DNA of 63,146 bases, counting the filler, from Octopus bimaculoides (taxonomy: Eukaryota), in assembly GCF_001194135.2 (NCBI RefSeq). It is 6 parts of 5 records of this genome, joined end to end, with 100 filler letters (N's around TTAATTAATTAA, not from the genome) between each part and the next. Parts side by side here need not be neighbours in the genome. Positions count along the whole stretch, not along the records: positions 1 to 5,426 come from NC_068984.1; positions 5,527 to 25,012 come from NC_068987.1; 4 more parts are not named here. One strand, given 5' to 3'. The first letter of the stretch is position 1, and each line of letters starts with the position of its first letter. The position numbers were made by a program, and so were the translations under genes. Of this stretch, positions 1 through 12,342 are shown one piece after another. The notes below the pieces were generated by a model. It did not search any database. It was given only the letters and a program-made list of their open reading frames with translations, and had not been told where the DNA came from.

Positions 1-252
1 CTGTCGAACGCCGACGAAGGGAAATAACCCTGAAATCCGGATACGTTCGTGCTGCTGGCCGAGGTGAGAGGGATAACTCCCTTGGCAAACAGGACACAGT
101 CGTGTGTCGATAAGCCAGCTGGAGGAGATGTCCTCCTGGGGCTAAAAGCAACAGTAACATCCACCCCTAGGGGTCAGCCACACTTAAGTGGCAATATACT
201 ACACTTTATCGTGCAGTTACTGTTAATACTTCATATAGAGAATTAACATTGC
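1..252 (+). mobile_element. Short hammerhead-bearing repeat, family H1 (pLTR or retrozyme-like); runs off the window start
   Basis: Homologous to 60773-61158 (opposite strand) and to the 58670-58950 fold-back; shared agccagctggag...tcctggggctaaa. Followed by (TA)n. Confidence 0.7.
5..49 (+). ncRNA. Type-I hammerhead ribozyme motif, minimal form with palindromic stem III
   Basis: Stem I CGAACG/CGUUCG; core CCGACGA (U4C relative to CUGANGA); stem II AGGG-AAAUAA-CCCU; GAA; stem III AUCCGGAU; H17=A. Folded by eye; activity untested. Confidence 0.75.
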
Positions 253-2397
253 TTATATATATATATATATATATATTCAATATGTATATTTTCAGGATTA
301 AATAAAAAAGACAACAGACAGGAATTATGACATACCTATATATATAATTCCAAAAAGTGTGAAGTAAATAAACAAATGAACATATACTAAATACACAGGC
401 AAACAGAAAACACAGAAGGTCACCAACTCTTCATTAGTTATCGGCCAGAGGGTCAATTTCAGCCATTATCAATAATATTGCTTCTACTCTGGAGACACTG
501 GCAAGAAACTTGCTGGGAATGGAACCAAAGCATAACAAAACAAGATGGGCTCAAGACAAGCCCATTAGTGGATGGATGAGGGACAAAACAATAAATGGAA
601 TAAAGGCTTAGGTTCACACAATGACAACAATTAATGATATACAACAAAAAAAAAAGCCTTGGGGCTGCAAGACAAGACAAAACTGGGTAACGTGAAGGAG
701 AAATGAAAACTGTCCTAAAGGACTATAGACATAGGAGGGATAGAGTGAGGAGCTCAGAAAATTGTGACTAGTGCAGTCGAAGGCAATGTGAAAAAGAACG
801 ACACTGCCTTAGGTCCTCACAGGTCACGTGATAGTGGGAGGAGGGTAATAGAGAAAGTCAGTGAGAGGGAGAGAAAGAGAGAGATATACATATATATCAT
901 CATCATCATCATCACCATTTAACATCCGCTTTCCATGCTGGCATGGGTTGGATATCTTAACAGAAACAGCAGGGCCAGTGGCTGCACAAGGTTCCATAAT
1001 CTGTTTTGGCTTGTTTACTACAGCTGGATGCCCTTCCTCATGCCAACCACGTTACAGAGTGTACTGGATGCATTTTACATGGCACCATTAATAGTGCTTT
1101 TTACGTGACACCAGCACCACACTTTTTACATGGCACCAGCTCTGACAAGGTCACCAAGTACCTTGCAAGAAAAAATCCTTTCAACTGGGACAAGAAGAGT
1201 ATTATTGAGGGTGTGTGGCAGTGTGCCAATTGAGAGAATAAAGATACAGATAGGACAGATATAGGTGACTTGCTGTAGAATAGATACATGGATAACCCAG
1301 TTGAAAAATAAAGGAGAGTGAGTTAGAGAGTAAGATGAAGAGAGTGATAGTAAAGAAGTGTTGGCAAAATGTGTAGGGACATACCCTCAAGGGACATTAG
1401 AGGTAGTGAGAACAGGTGAGGTGATATAGAGGCTTGAGCTGGGTGATGGGCAGGATGAAGTGACTGTTGCAAATGATGAAGAGAAATGGTGGAGAAGCTT
1501 GTGGGAAAGGGTTGCAGTAGATATGAGAGAGCGTTGATGGTGATAGCAAGTAATTGAGGTTTTGATGATGGAGAGCAGTACTTGGAGGAGAGAGGAGGTG
1601 CAGAAAGGAGGTGATTGGTACAGACAGTAGGTGGGGGAAGAAAGGTAACTGGGCTGGGTGAGGAGGAAAGTTAACTGATAAGCACAGGGATGTAGTATGT
1701 GCATATTCTGCTCTCAGGTGATAGAGGAAGTGATGGGTGTTAAGGAATGAAATATGGGTGGAGGGAGAAGGTTGAGGGAACAGAGAGGATGGAGGTAAAT
1801 CATACCAAGGTAGTTTTAAGATATAAATTCTGTGCTGGTGGACAAGTCTTCTTGAGTGCAGCTAAGCACCAGATATTTTGGTCCTTTGTCATCTAATTCA
1901 TAAGGCACAGCATCTTGAGATTGGTTTTCAATACTTCATCACATGTTTTCTTTGGCCTCCTCTTCCACAAGTTCTATCCACTGTAATTAAAGAGGTATAT
2001 ATGAGGTAGTGAACTCGCAGAATCATTAACATGCGGGGCAAAAATTCTTAGCAACATTTCATTCGTCTTTTTGTCCTGAGTTCAATTTCCACTGAGGTTC
2101 ACTTTGCCTTTCATCCTTTTCGGGTTGATAAAATAATTACCAGGTGAACACTGGGGTCGATGTAATCAACCTACCCTTTCCCCTTAACTTGTTGGTCTTG
2201 TACCAAAATTTGAAACAAATTATGGAGATATGTATTGATGCTCGAAATGAGGAGTAGATAGACAGCCAACAACTGATGAAGGGTCGTTCTTTATGTTACT
2301 TGTCTTGTTTTCCATTTGTTTCTCTCATTGTTTGCAAACCAAAATTTGTCTTCGTATTTCATGTTGTTTACATTTTGTGACGTCCTGTACCCATATA

Positions 2398-2438
<41 letters not shown>

Positions 2439-3659
2439 GTATGTACATATATGTATGTATATATGCATATATATATATATCTATATCTATATATATATAT
2501 ATATNNNNNNNNNNNNNNNNNNNNNNNNNNNNNNNNNNNNNNNNNNNNNNNNNNNNNNNNNNNNNNNNNNNNNNNNNNNNNNNNNNNNNNNNNNNNNNNN
2601 NNNNNNNNNNNNNNNNNNNNNNNNNNNNNNNNNNNNNNNNNNNNNNNNNNNNNNNNNNNNNNNNNNNNNNNNNNNNNNNNNNNNNNNNNNNNNNNNNNNN
2701 NNNNNNNNNNNNNNNNNNNNNNNNNNNNNNNNNNNNNNNNNNNNNNNNNNNNNNNNNNNNNNNNNNNNNNNNNNNNNNNNNNNNNNNNNNNNNNNNNNNN
2801 NNNNNNNNNNNNNNNNNNNNNNNNNNNNNNNNNNNNNNNNNNNNNNNNNNNNNNNNNNNNNNNNNNNNNNNNNNNNNNNNNNNNNNNNNNNNNNNNNNNN
2901 NNNNNNNNNNNNNNNNNNNNNNNNNNNNNNNNNNNNNNNNNNNNNNNNNNNNNNNNNNNNNNNNNNNNNNNNNNNNNNNNNNNNNNNNNNNNNNNNNNNN
3001 NNNNNNTATATATATATATATACACACATACACACACACATATACATATACACGTATATTTATATACACATGTATACATATTGCTATACGCATATGCATA
3101 CAGGTGAAGATTCATTTTGTTCATTTGTGTGTGAAGCACATTTTTTCTTTGCATGCATATTGAATGAAAAATTATTCATGAACAGGACTTTTATGGCTGG
3201 CTGCACTTTCTCATGTCAGCACTTTCCAGCTTACAAGTAACAGATTTTTTCATTCCAGAGATTTCATAAATATCATCATCATCACCATTATTATTGTATT
3301 AGTGTCTGCGTATCCATACTTGCATGGCACAGATGATAATTCATGGAGCTAGAGTTTTCTTTGGATAGATGCCCTTTCTGCTGCTTGCCCCAGCCTTGGC
3401 TGTTTCCAGTTAAGGTGAAATTTTCCTAGTCTATTGAACAAGACTGCTTGGAAGTGTTTTATGTAAGAATCTGGAAACACTGTTCAAAAAACATTTAGTT
3501 TACAAATAACAAGCTGTATGGCAAGAAACCTGATTATTCTTTATTTGTATACCAGCAAACAATGAGGGCAACTCACAAACTCACGCATACACCCACGTGC
3601 ATTTACACACAGGTACATAATATCAGTTTTCATCCACAAAATGCACTCATATGTAAATC

Positions 3660-5426
3660 CATTTATAAGTGCTTGGAATTCTTTAAGTTTCTCTATATTT
3701 TCTTGCCAAAGAATGAAACAGTCATCTAGGTGTCTCTTTCAGTTATTTTCTATGTAGATGGAGAATGGGCTGCTGTATTTTTCTAGAATCTTACGATAAA
3801 GACTAATTTCTAGATATCCCATGACTAGGTTAGCAAAGGAGGGTGCCATTCTCGTACCCATTGCAGTCCCTGATTTATGTTGATAGAAGTTGTCTTTGAA
3901 GACGAAGTAGTTGTTTTCCGGGCTGAATTTTAGCCCTTCTATCACAAATTCTTTTTTGATGCGATGTGGGAGTTCGTTGGCATAATTCTCTAGCCAGAAT
4001 TGAATTACCTCTATTCCTAGGTTGTGGGGGATATTGGAATAGAGGTTGAGTACATCGACGGATACTAGTAGGGTGCTTTTGTTTATTGTTTCAGGAAGGT
4101 GATTGAGCATATCCAGGTCGTCCCTTATATAGCTTTTGACATTCTTGAGGAATGGTTTTAAGAGGGCATCTAAAAAGTTATTGAGGCGGTGGGTTTCACA
4201 TGCGGGACCTGCTATTATAAGTCTCAATTTGAGATCATAAGGAGTAGGGACTTTGATTATTATGTCTGTGGCTATCCTACATGCGTTACTTATTTTCTCA
4301 CTCTTGTGTATCTTGGGAATACCATAGAATTGACTGGTTTTACTTTTGAAATTGGTCATATAGTCATATTCTTTGTCAATGAGCCCTTCTCTGTATAGGT
4401 TTAACTTGGATTTTAGGTCTCTCATTATTTTCTGCTGACTGTAGTGTTGGGCCTTTTTCATAATATGTTGTGTCTTCCAATATGGATAGTACTAGAGTTA
4501 TATAGAATACCGTGTCCATTAAGACAACTGCACTCACTTTATCAGCTTCTTTGATTGTTATTGTTTTGTCATCTTTTAATTTGTTCAGCTCAGCCCATTC
4601 TTTTTTGCTGAAGTTTGGTTTGTGCATATCTTGGTATGGGTAATTCAAGATGTGGTCACAGAAATGATCAAGAGTTTTGTTCTTACCTTTTGAGGGGGTG
4701 TAGTTACTTTTATTTTGGACCAATGATTCGTCCTCATTGTATTTGTCGTATAGCTCCTCAGCGAGTCGTAATTTTCTACAGAATTCCGCTATGTCTTCTT
4801 TCATTTCATTGTAGTTGGGGTGTTGTAGGGTGGGTGTAAACTTGAGCCCTTTGGAGAGTATATTGATTTAGTTTGCTATTAGTTCTTTGTGAGTTAGATT
4901 GATAATTTTAATCATTTTTGGTTTCTCCTGTCTGTTTGGTGCTATCTTGTGTCTCTGTGTTTGAGTATTGGGTCTAAAAAATTATTTTGGTGGTTGGGAC
5001 AGTAGCTGTTATGTAATTGTTCCTTGTTGTTGTGGGATGACATGTTGTGATTTATGGTGTGGGTTCTTAGAACGGTATTGAAAAGTGTTTCCCGATATCC
5101 CATGTTCGGATGTGGTGTTTTAGGGGTCCGTCATTGGTGATTATTGCGTGTGGTGTGGGTTTGTTGTGCGTGGTTGTTTAGTAGATTGTTGGAACGAAAA
5201 TTTCGTTGGTAACTCCTTATGGGGGCGGGGGGAAGTTGCAATGTCTATCCCGCGGGTAGTGATTTTTCCTTTCTCTGTTTGAAGTTAGGGTACTCCCGAT
5301 ATTGTATTGCTGGTGGCTTACAAAGTTAGGGTTAGGTCCTGTATTCTTTTTTTGGTAGGGGTGATGGTTCCGATTTTTAGACAGGCGTGAATCAGTGTTT
5401 GCGTGTTGTCTTGATTTTCTTATTTT
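3660..5426 (-). mobile_element. Penelope-like element, degenerate RT ORF, 3-prime truncated with no GIY-YIG seen
   Basis: ORFs 4376-4804 and 3739-4461 give KEADK.SAVVLMD, FYGIPKIHK, LVSVDV.NLYSNIPH, GTAMGTRMAPSFANLVMG, then KRHLDDCFILW after a stop. These are PLE RT motifs. Confidence 0.88.
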
Positions 5427-5526
5427 NNNNNNNNNNNNNNNNNNNNNNNNNNNNNNNNNNNNNNNNNNNNTTAATTAATTAANNNNNNNNNNNNNNNNNN
5501 NNNNNNNNNNNNNNNNNNNNNNNNNN
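5427..5526. other. Assembly gap with artificial ttaattaattaa spacer; also at ~25057, 42922, 49239 and 56222
   Basis: The identical 12-mer sits in the middle of N-runs five times. Confidence 0.9.
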
Positions 5527-6180
5527 TATTAGGAGATCACTGGAATTCAGTCAATGAAAGAAAAAAAGTTTCCAATGATTCTGGGATATTGGGAGGGGCG
5601 CTCCTTTTCCGAACAAAAATAAGGAGTTTGCAACATATTAGGAGGTTAGGGTTCTTGATTCCACACAAAAAATCTGAGTTTTTTTTTTCTTAGTGAAAAT
5701 CATGCAAGTGAAAGGATCAACATTTACCAAAAATAAAGTCACAAATGAATGAGTATGAGAAAGTAGCTGATAAACATACACAAACAAATCTGAATTCAAA
5801 ACAATCACAGGAATCATGAGTGACAATGATTCCTAACGGTAGATATTGGAACTACAGTGCAATATGAGCTCCGAAAGGCCAATAAATAAGACAACACAGC
5901 TGATTTCCTGATTTCATTCACTAAGTTATACTACTGTATGGTGGGTATCTTAACATTTAACTATATGTATTTTAATGATTTTATATGCTTTTATTCTTAT
6001 TTATTGTACAGTAACATGATTTCATGTGCTTTTAACAGTTTTCTAGTGATTTTATGATTCCAATATTTGTGGCGGACAGAGGTAAAGCTGAGAAAAATGA
6101 CTTAACTTGATTTTTATTTTACCATATATTGATTTTGAAAACTGACATATAATTGAAAACGACTTAAGCTGAGGTATGCC

Positions 6181-6208
6181 TGTGTGTGTGTGTGTGGGGA
6201 GAGAGAGA

Positions 6209-6294
<86 letters not shown>

Positions 6295-6326
6295 TAGAGA
6301 GGGAGAGAGAAAGAGAGAGAGAGAGA
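6181..6326. repeat. (TG)n-(GA)n microsatellite
   Basis: Direct reading of the sequence. Confidence 0.95.
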
Positions 6327-6336
6327 CTAAACTTAC

Positions 6337-6440
6337 GCTGCTGATTCTGTCCCCAACAATAAGCATTCCATCTTTTGCTATTACTGAACCAGCAGAAATG
6401 CGACTGATGAAAATACCATTTTCTATTTGGATTCCCATAT
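6337..6440 (-). CDS. DLG5: DLG5 exon: PDZ2
   Basis: ttcttgtag acceptor, gtaagt donor, 104 bp. (D)MGIQIENGIFISRISAGSVIAKDGMLIVGDRISS, matching DLG5 PDZ2 (GISLENG...GDRI). The next exon was not found in the visible sequence. Confidence 0.92.
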
Positions 6441-8246
6441 CTACAAGAATATAAGAAAGTAATTAAAGTCATATATTTCCATTCAAAGTAATTGCAATAA
6501 TAAAGTAAAGTAGATATTAACTGTGATATTTAAGAAAATCCAAAAAATAAAAATCAATAAAAATGTTCCTCCAAGGACAATATTCTAACAAATAAAAAAA
6601 TACAAAATGCACAAAGGTATTTTTATGGAAGATTATTTAGAATGTTTACTTTGTGCTAAAATTTAGATGCATAAACTAGAGTAGTTTTTTTTTTGTGGTT
6701 AGTATACAGTAGAGTCTATAAAGGTGCTTTTATGATTGAAAAACACAGCTTGAGCAAATGCTTGACCAAGAAAGATAATTATTTAATGGTGATGTGCCAA
6801 ACCAACAGAAAAGAACTGTATTTGCTAGAGTATAAGATGCACTCTTGCATAAAACACATCTCTATTTTACAAACAGTTGTTTGAATAAGAACATGGTTTT
6901 AGGTTCACTCCCACTGCAGAGCATTTTGTGCAAATATCTTCTATAGTTAGAGGCTGACCAAAGTTTTGTGAGTGGATTTAGAAAATGGAAACTGATTGAA
7001 GCCCGTTGTATATATGTGTGAATGTGTATGTATTTGTGTCTCCTTGTCTTGAAATCATGTGATAGTTGTAAATGATTGTCACTGTCAAACAAGCAGTGTC
7101 TTTCATTTTCAATATTCTGCAAGAACATGTTAGCCATGGAGAAATATTACCTTGCTTGGAATCAGGTGAAAGTTGGTGAGAGAAAGGCCATCTAGCTGTA
7201 GAAAATATACCTCAATAAATTCCATCTGACCCATACAAGCATGGAAAAGAGGACATTAAAATGACAATGATTTTCTGGAAAAACAAATTCGGTAATTCCG
7301 TCATACAGATATTTTAAAGTGATTTTTTAGGACAGAAATCAGTAATCCATGCATGCATGTAAATACTGTATTATTAACAGTATACTGGAATAGAGAATGA
7401 AACCATAAATTTATAAATAAATTGTTACATGAGTACTCCATTTCAACATTATCTTCTTCCAGATCAACTATACAGTTGTTTATATTTTGGTGAAGAGAAT
7501 TGCCACAGAGGATGTAAAACTTGTATTTCTAGCTGTGATGTTTTGTGTCACTATTGGCTACCAGTGTGGTGTATTACAATATAGTTTTGTAGTCACCCAC
7601 TCATTGCAAATAGCTGACAGGCAGGTGCGAGATTCTCAACATTCCTCAACATAGGTGCAGCCATGGCTGTGTGGTAAGAGGCTTGCTTCCCAACTACACG
7701 GTGCCACATTCAGTCCCACTGTGTGACACGTTGGGCAAGTGTTTCCTCTTATAACCTCAAGCTAACAAAAGCCTTGTGAATGGATTTGGTACATGGAAAC
7801 TGAAAGAAGCCTGTTGTATATCTATGTTTGTGTATGTGTGTGTGTGTGTGTGTTTGGGCGTGCATGTGTTTGTATCTGTGTTTGTCCCCCACTACCACTT
7901 CACAACTGGCATTTGTGTGTTTACATCCCTGTAACTTAGCAGTTTGGCAAAAGAGATCGATGGACTTAACAAAAACATAAGTACTTGGGTCAATTCATTC
8001 GACTAAAAAATCCTTCAAAACGGTACCCCAGCATAGCCACAGTCTAATGACTGAAACAAATAAAAGGTAAAAGATAAAAAATTCCTTGTTTTAGGACAAT
8101 TTTTCATTTTGATAATGAACAAATGATTGTTAAAGGTAACACAATCATTAAACAATATAAGATACATACCAGGTGAAGGTTATGTAAGCTAGGGAAGGAG
8201 GTATAATGAAATGATGTGATCTCCCCATATAACTTCCAATATATTA

Positions 8247-9052
8247 TGAGGCAGTATCAAAAAATTCCCAGACTAGTTCTGTAGTGCACCAACAGATGGC
8301 AGCACAGGGTTTCATATGCAGTGAGAGCTAGCAGTGACCTTCATGAGGCAGTGTGCCAAGTGACATTACTGTGTTTCTTTTGCAAGTTGTGAAATTTGTG
8401 TCTTTGTGATCATGTGTATGCTGTAGTCTGTGATTTTGTTAAGGACAAGAAGTTGGAACAAAATGCCAACGTGAATTTTGTGTTAAATTTGGGAAGTCAG
8501 CTACAAAGATATTGAGCATGCTTATAGTGATGAGGTAATTGTTGGAGGACAATCAATGACACTGCTTATATTGTTTGTCTGTCATATGAGTCCATGCAGG
8601 CAATCTTAATGTCTAAATTGAACATGTGACATGTCTCTGCCAAGTCTGTCCCCTGCCTGCTGACCACTGAGCAGAAAGAATATTGCATTGAAGTCTGTCA
8701 AGAGCATAAAGAATTGGATTCTTCATGATAACAATGCACCCTGTCACTGAACTCTCCTCACCTATGAGTCTCTTGCCAAAAACAACATGGTATTGCTTCT
8801 GCACCTACCCTATTCACCAGATCTAGCACCTGCAGACTTCCATCTCTTCCCCAAGATGGAAATGCAGCTCAAAGTTTGCTGGTTTAACACCATTGTTGAA
8901 ATCCAGAGTGAATTGCAGAAGGTCCAAAACCAAAAGTGGCAGGAACACAGGGACTGGTGCATTGCTGTGGAAAGTGACTATTTTGAAGGAGATGATATTA
9001 AGTTATTTTTTATTAAACATAACTAGTCTGGGAACTTTTTGATACCACCTCA
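8247..9052 (+). mobile_element. Mariner-type DNA transposon, internally deleted
   Basis: ~32-bp TIRs (tgaggcagtatcaaaaaattcccagactagtt and the inverse of aactagtctgggaactttttgataccacctca), TA on both sides. HDNAP and YSPDLAPADFHLFPK motifs. Confidence 0.9.
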
Positions 9053-11268
9053 TACAAGCAATTTTTTATAAGTTTACGCTAACTCTCTGTGACAATTTGG
9101 CCTGTTTTCAATATTTTATTGTGCCTAATGGACATATACTCATCCAGCCTCCTAGTCTACAGTGTTAGGTTTCCCATCTGTAATATGGCTGCATTAGTTG
9201 CAGGGCAATTTTTGGACATAAAAAAAGTGCATCTTATACATCACTAAACAGAGTAACTTGGTGTAATTTTTGTGGAGCTGGAAAATAATGGAAAAAAACA
9301 GAAAACAAAAATACACCAACAATAAGTTTGAATTTTGAAGTGACATGGGGGAAATGTCAAACTGTTCACATATTTGTCATTGAATATTTCACAAGCCCTG
9401 ATACTACACAGTATCTCAGTATATATTTTTTTCTACTCTAGGCACAAGGCCCGAAATTTTTTTTTGGGGGTGGGCAACTGATTAGATCAACCCCAGTATG
9501 CAACTGGAATTTAATTTATTGACCTTGAAAGGATGAAAGGCAAAGCTGATCTCAGCGGAGTTTGAGTATCTCAGTATATATTACTTTCTAGTAAAGAATA
9601 TGGATTGCAATGAGATCACACTAAAATGGTGCTATTTATGTGCCACTGGCATGGAAGCTAGAAGCTAGACAGCTGCTCTGGCAACGATCACACTCGGACG
9701 GTGCTCTTAGCGCTCCACTGGTACAAGTGCCATCATGATTTCGCTTTCACTTGCCCCAACAGGTCTTCGCAAGCCAAGTTTAGTGTCCAATGAAGGAGAG
9801 GTTGGCATGGGTGCCAGTCATCGAATTTGGTTCGATTTCGATTTCACTCAACAGGTCTTCGCACAGTTATGGAAATGAAAACTGGTTTGTATTTGTAGTA
9901 AAAAACAAAAAGATCCAATACAGAGTGGAAATAATGATGTGTATGAATGAGAACTGGATTTAGTATCTTCACATTAAATGAATATTGCGAAATTTCTTTC
10001 ACATGAAATTCTGAAAAGTAAATTGTTTAACTGTTGATGGCCATTCAAATCAAGTTAAATTCTGATAGGGTGAAGCAAAATATGAAATTGTGTTAACCAA
10101 AAAACATGTATATAATGTCTGTATTCTATATATACAACAAATAATGTACAGAGTAACTATAAAATCTGAATACTAATAGTAGAAACCATGTTGAAAATAT
10201 TATTCATTAACGTAGTTGAATAAAATTATTGAAATTATCCATTTTTGCTCATGTATCCAGACTTTATGGTCATCCTGTATATAATATATACAACAAATAA
10301 ATACACAGTTAAATAGAGGAGAACTCATAGTATGTATCTCTATAGTTAAGATGACTCATAAATATGAAAGATATGCTCAAAATTGTATACAAATCCATTG
10401 GCTGCCTCCACAGCTACACTGTAAACATTAACAGCCAGATAATTTTTGCCCTGATAAAATCCATATGAGAGAGAAAAGAGGTGTTGGGAAAATATAAATA
10501 CTAAAAGAGAAAAAAAATCGACAAAACCATTATAAATTTTGTGTGTTGCAAGAATTTGAAGGAATTAGGGACTAAAAGTGAAGAATTGCTTGGAAGAAAC
10601 ATATCAAAAATGGTGGTTAAAGAGTATAGAGCAACAGACAAATTGAGGAGAATAAAGCAAGAGAGAAAATAATGGAGATGTGACACAGATAATATAATTC
10701 TTAATTAAATAAATCTAGTTTTATAAAAGACAAAGACAATTCCAAACAGCTTCTAAATACATGCTCTCTTCTAAGAGAATTAAATTATTTTTGAACTCTA
10801 CTTTTAGTCACTGAATACAAACAATGAAAAACTGAACCACATTTATGTTTTGAGTAGTTTTTTTTGTTTATGAAGTACTCATCTACCTTAATTAACATTT
10901 AAAAAATTTTTTAAATGTTCATTTTTTTAATGTTAATTTTATAAAGGGAGTGTGTTCAACAAGATGTAATTGACACCCATTAAAATGTCATATACACCTA
11001 CAACTAGTCAAATGGCCTTCTTAGTAAAACTGATGCATCTTGTAAGCTACAACACAAGCCTTAGAAACTGTAGTATGACCCTTGTTAGCTGTAAAACAAA
11101 CTTCTATACTATTACAGTCTCTGAAGCTGTAATGCAGCCTGAGACATGGCTTTGTAAGTGATGATAAACCTTTTTAAGTTGCAAACTAGGGTGTAAAGCT
11201 TAAAAATAGCCTCAACAGAGAATTAATCTTTAACTAGGGAAGTGACTTAATTTAAGTTACATGATTAC

Positions 11269-11338
11269 CTTTCAAGCTTGATACATTGAGCTGAATTGGC
11301 TGCCAAGATCGTATCATGGATCTTCGTCGCCGGATGAC
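11269..11338 (-). CDS. DLG5: DLG5 exon: PDZ1-PDZ2 linker
   Basis: tttgacag acceptor, gtaatc donor, 70 bp. VIRRRRSMIRSWQPIQLNVSSLK(D), similar to the DLG5 VVRRRKS linker. Phase 0 to phase 1. Too short for the ORF track. Confidence 0.9.
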
Positions 11339-12055
11339 CTGTCAAATAGAAAAGAATATAACTAGTCTGAAATACTAAAATCATGAAAAATGAACATGTT
11401 ATCCAGTTAATAGATGAATATTTTTAAGGTGTTAGTAATGAACTTTTATGTTTACTCCTATACATCACTCTTTAACTCTGATTGTTCAGAAGACAAGCCA
11501 CTACATTCACTCCTCACATATTCTTAGTAGTGCGACACTCAATTACCATTGTTTTCTTGTTATCTCCTCTACTACTAGGTATTCTGGAACTAATGATTAT
11601 GCCATACACATTACAGCTTCAGTCATGGATATGAACTCACAGTTCTTCAATTAAGTCAACTAATAATTCTTAAAATGCATGAGAACAAATATGTTTGCGA
11701 GTCATGCCCTGGAGGAATGAATAAAATGACAGGTGAATTTCATCATATTTACACAAAACTGTTTGACTAAATATTCTTTTCTCTTTTTTTCTTTTTGCCA
11801 GTTGCAAAACTGAAGACTGATAATATCATTCTGTCAAAGGGGAAAACAGGATATCCTCATTTATGATTTTGAATTTCTATATTTTTGAATGTCTGTGTTC
11901 ATTTTATGTTTTGAACTTGAGAAAGACAGGTGAGCTGTCAAAATATCATTCAAACCAATAAACAAGCTATTACGATCACACCACGCTCTTCTTATTGTCT
12001 ATTTACCTTCGTGAAGAGTTACATCACTCTTTTCAAAATATACTAATAATTCTAG

Positions 12056-12093
<38 letters not shown>

Positions 12094-12239
12094 CATTATT
12101 ATCATCATTATTATTATATAACAATGGAGGTCAAGGGCTCTTTACTACATTTACCATATAATTATATGATATAAACTTTAACTGTACTAGCTTGAAAAAA
12201 ATCAATAGTGAAAAAATAAATATGAAATAAATCACATAC

Positions 12240-12342
12240 CATTTTTATAATGCCAACAGTGTTCACGATAGCCTCTAGTGCAACTTTCCGTTCTACATTA
12301 GTGACATCAACATTATTAACCTGAATGACAATATCATTCACT
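12240..12342 (-). CDS. DLG5: DLG5 exon: PDZ1 C-terminal half
   Basis: ttttatag acceptor, gtatgt donor, 103 bp. (K)VNDIVIQVNNVDVTNVERKVALEAIVNTVGIIKM. Phase 2 to phase 0. Confidence 0.92.

Noticed and set aside
2270-2290. Isolated CTGATGA motifs (2273 +, 25313 -, 26452 -, 54888 -)
   Set aside because: No stem II plus GAAA follows. At most these are broken pLTR ends.
2291-3240. Long ORFs spanning N-runs or microsatellites, here and at 22.7, 25.3, 31.6, 38.1, 46.0, 47.5 and 52.5 kb
   Set aside because: They are open only because N and simple repeats lack stop codons.
5471-5482. Recurrent palindromic ttaattaattaa
   Set aside because: Always embedded in N-runs, so it is an assembly spacer.
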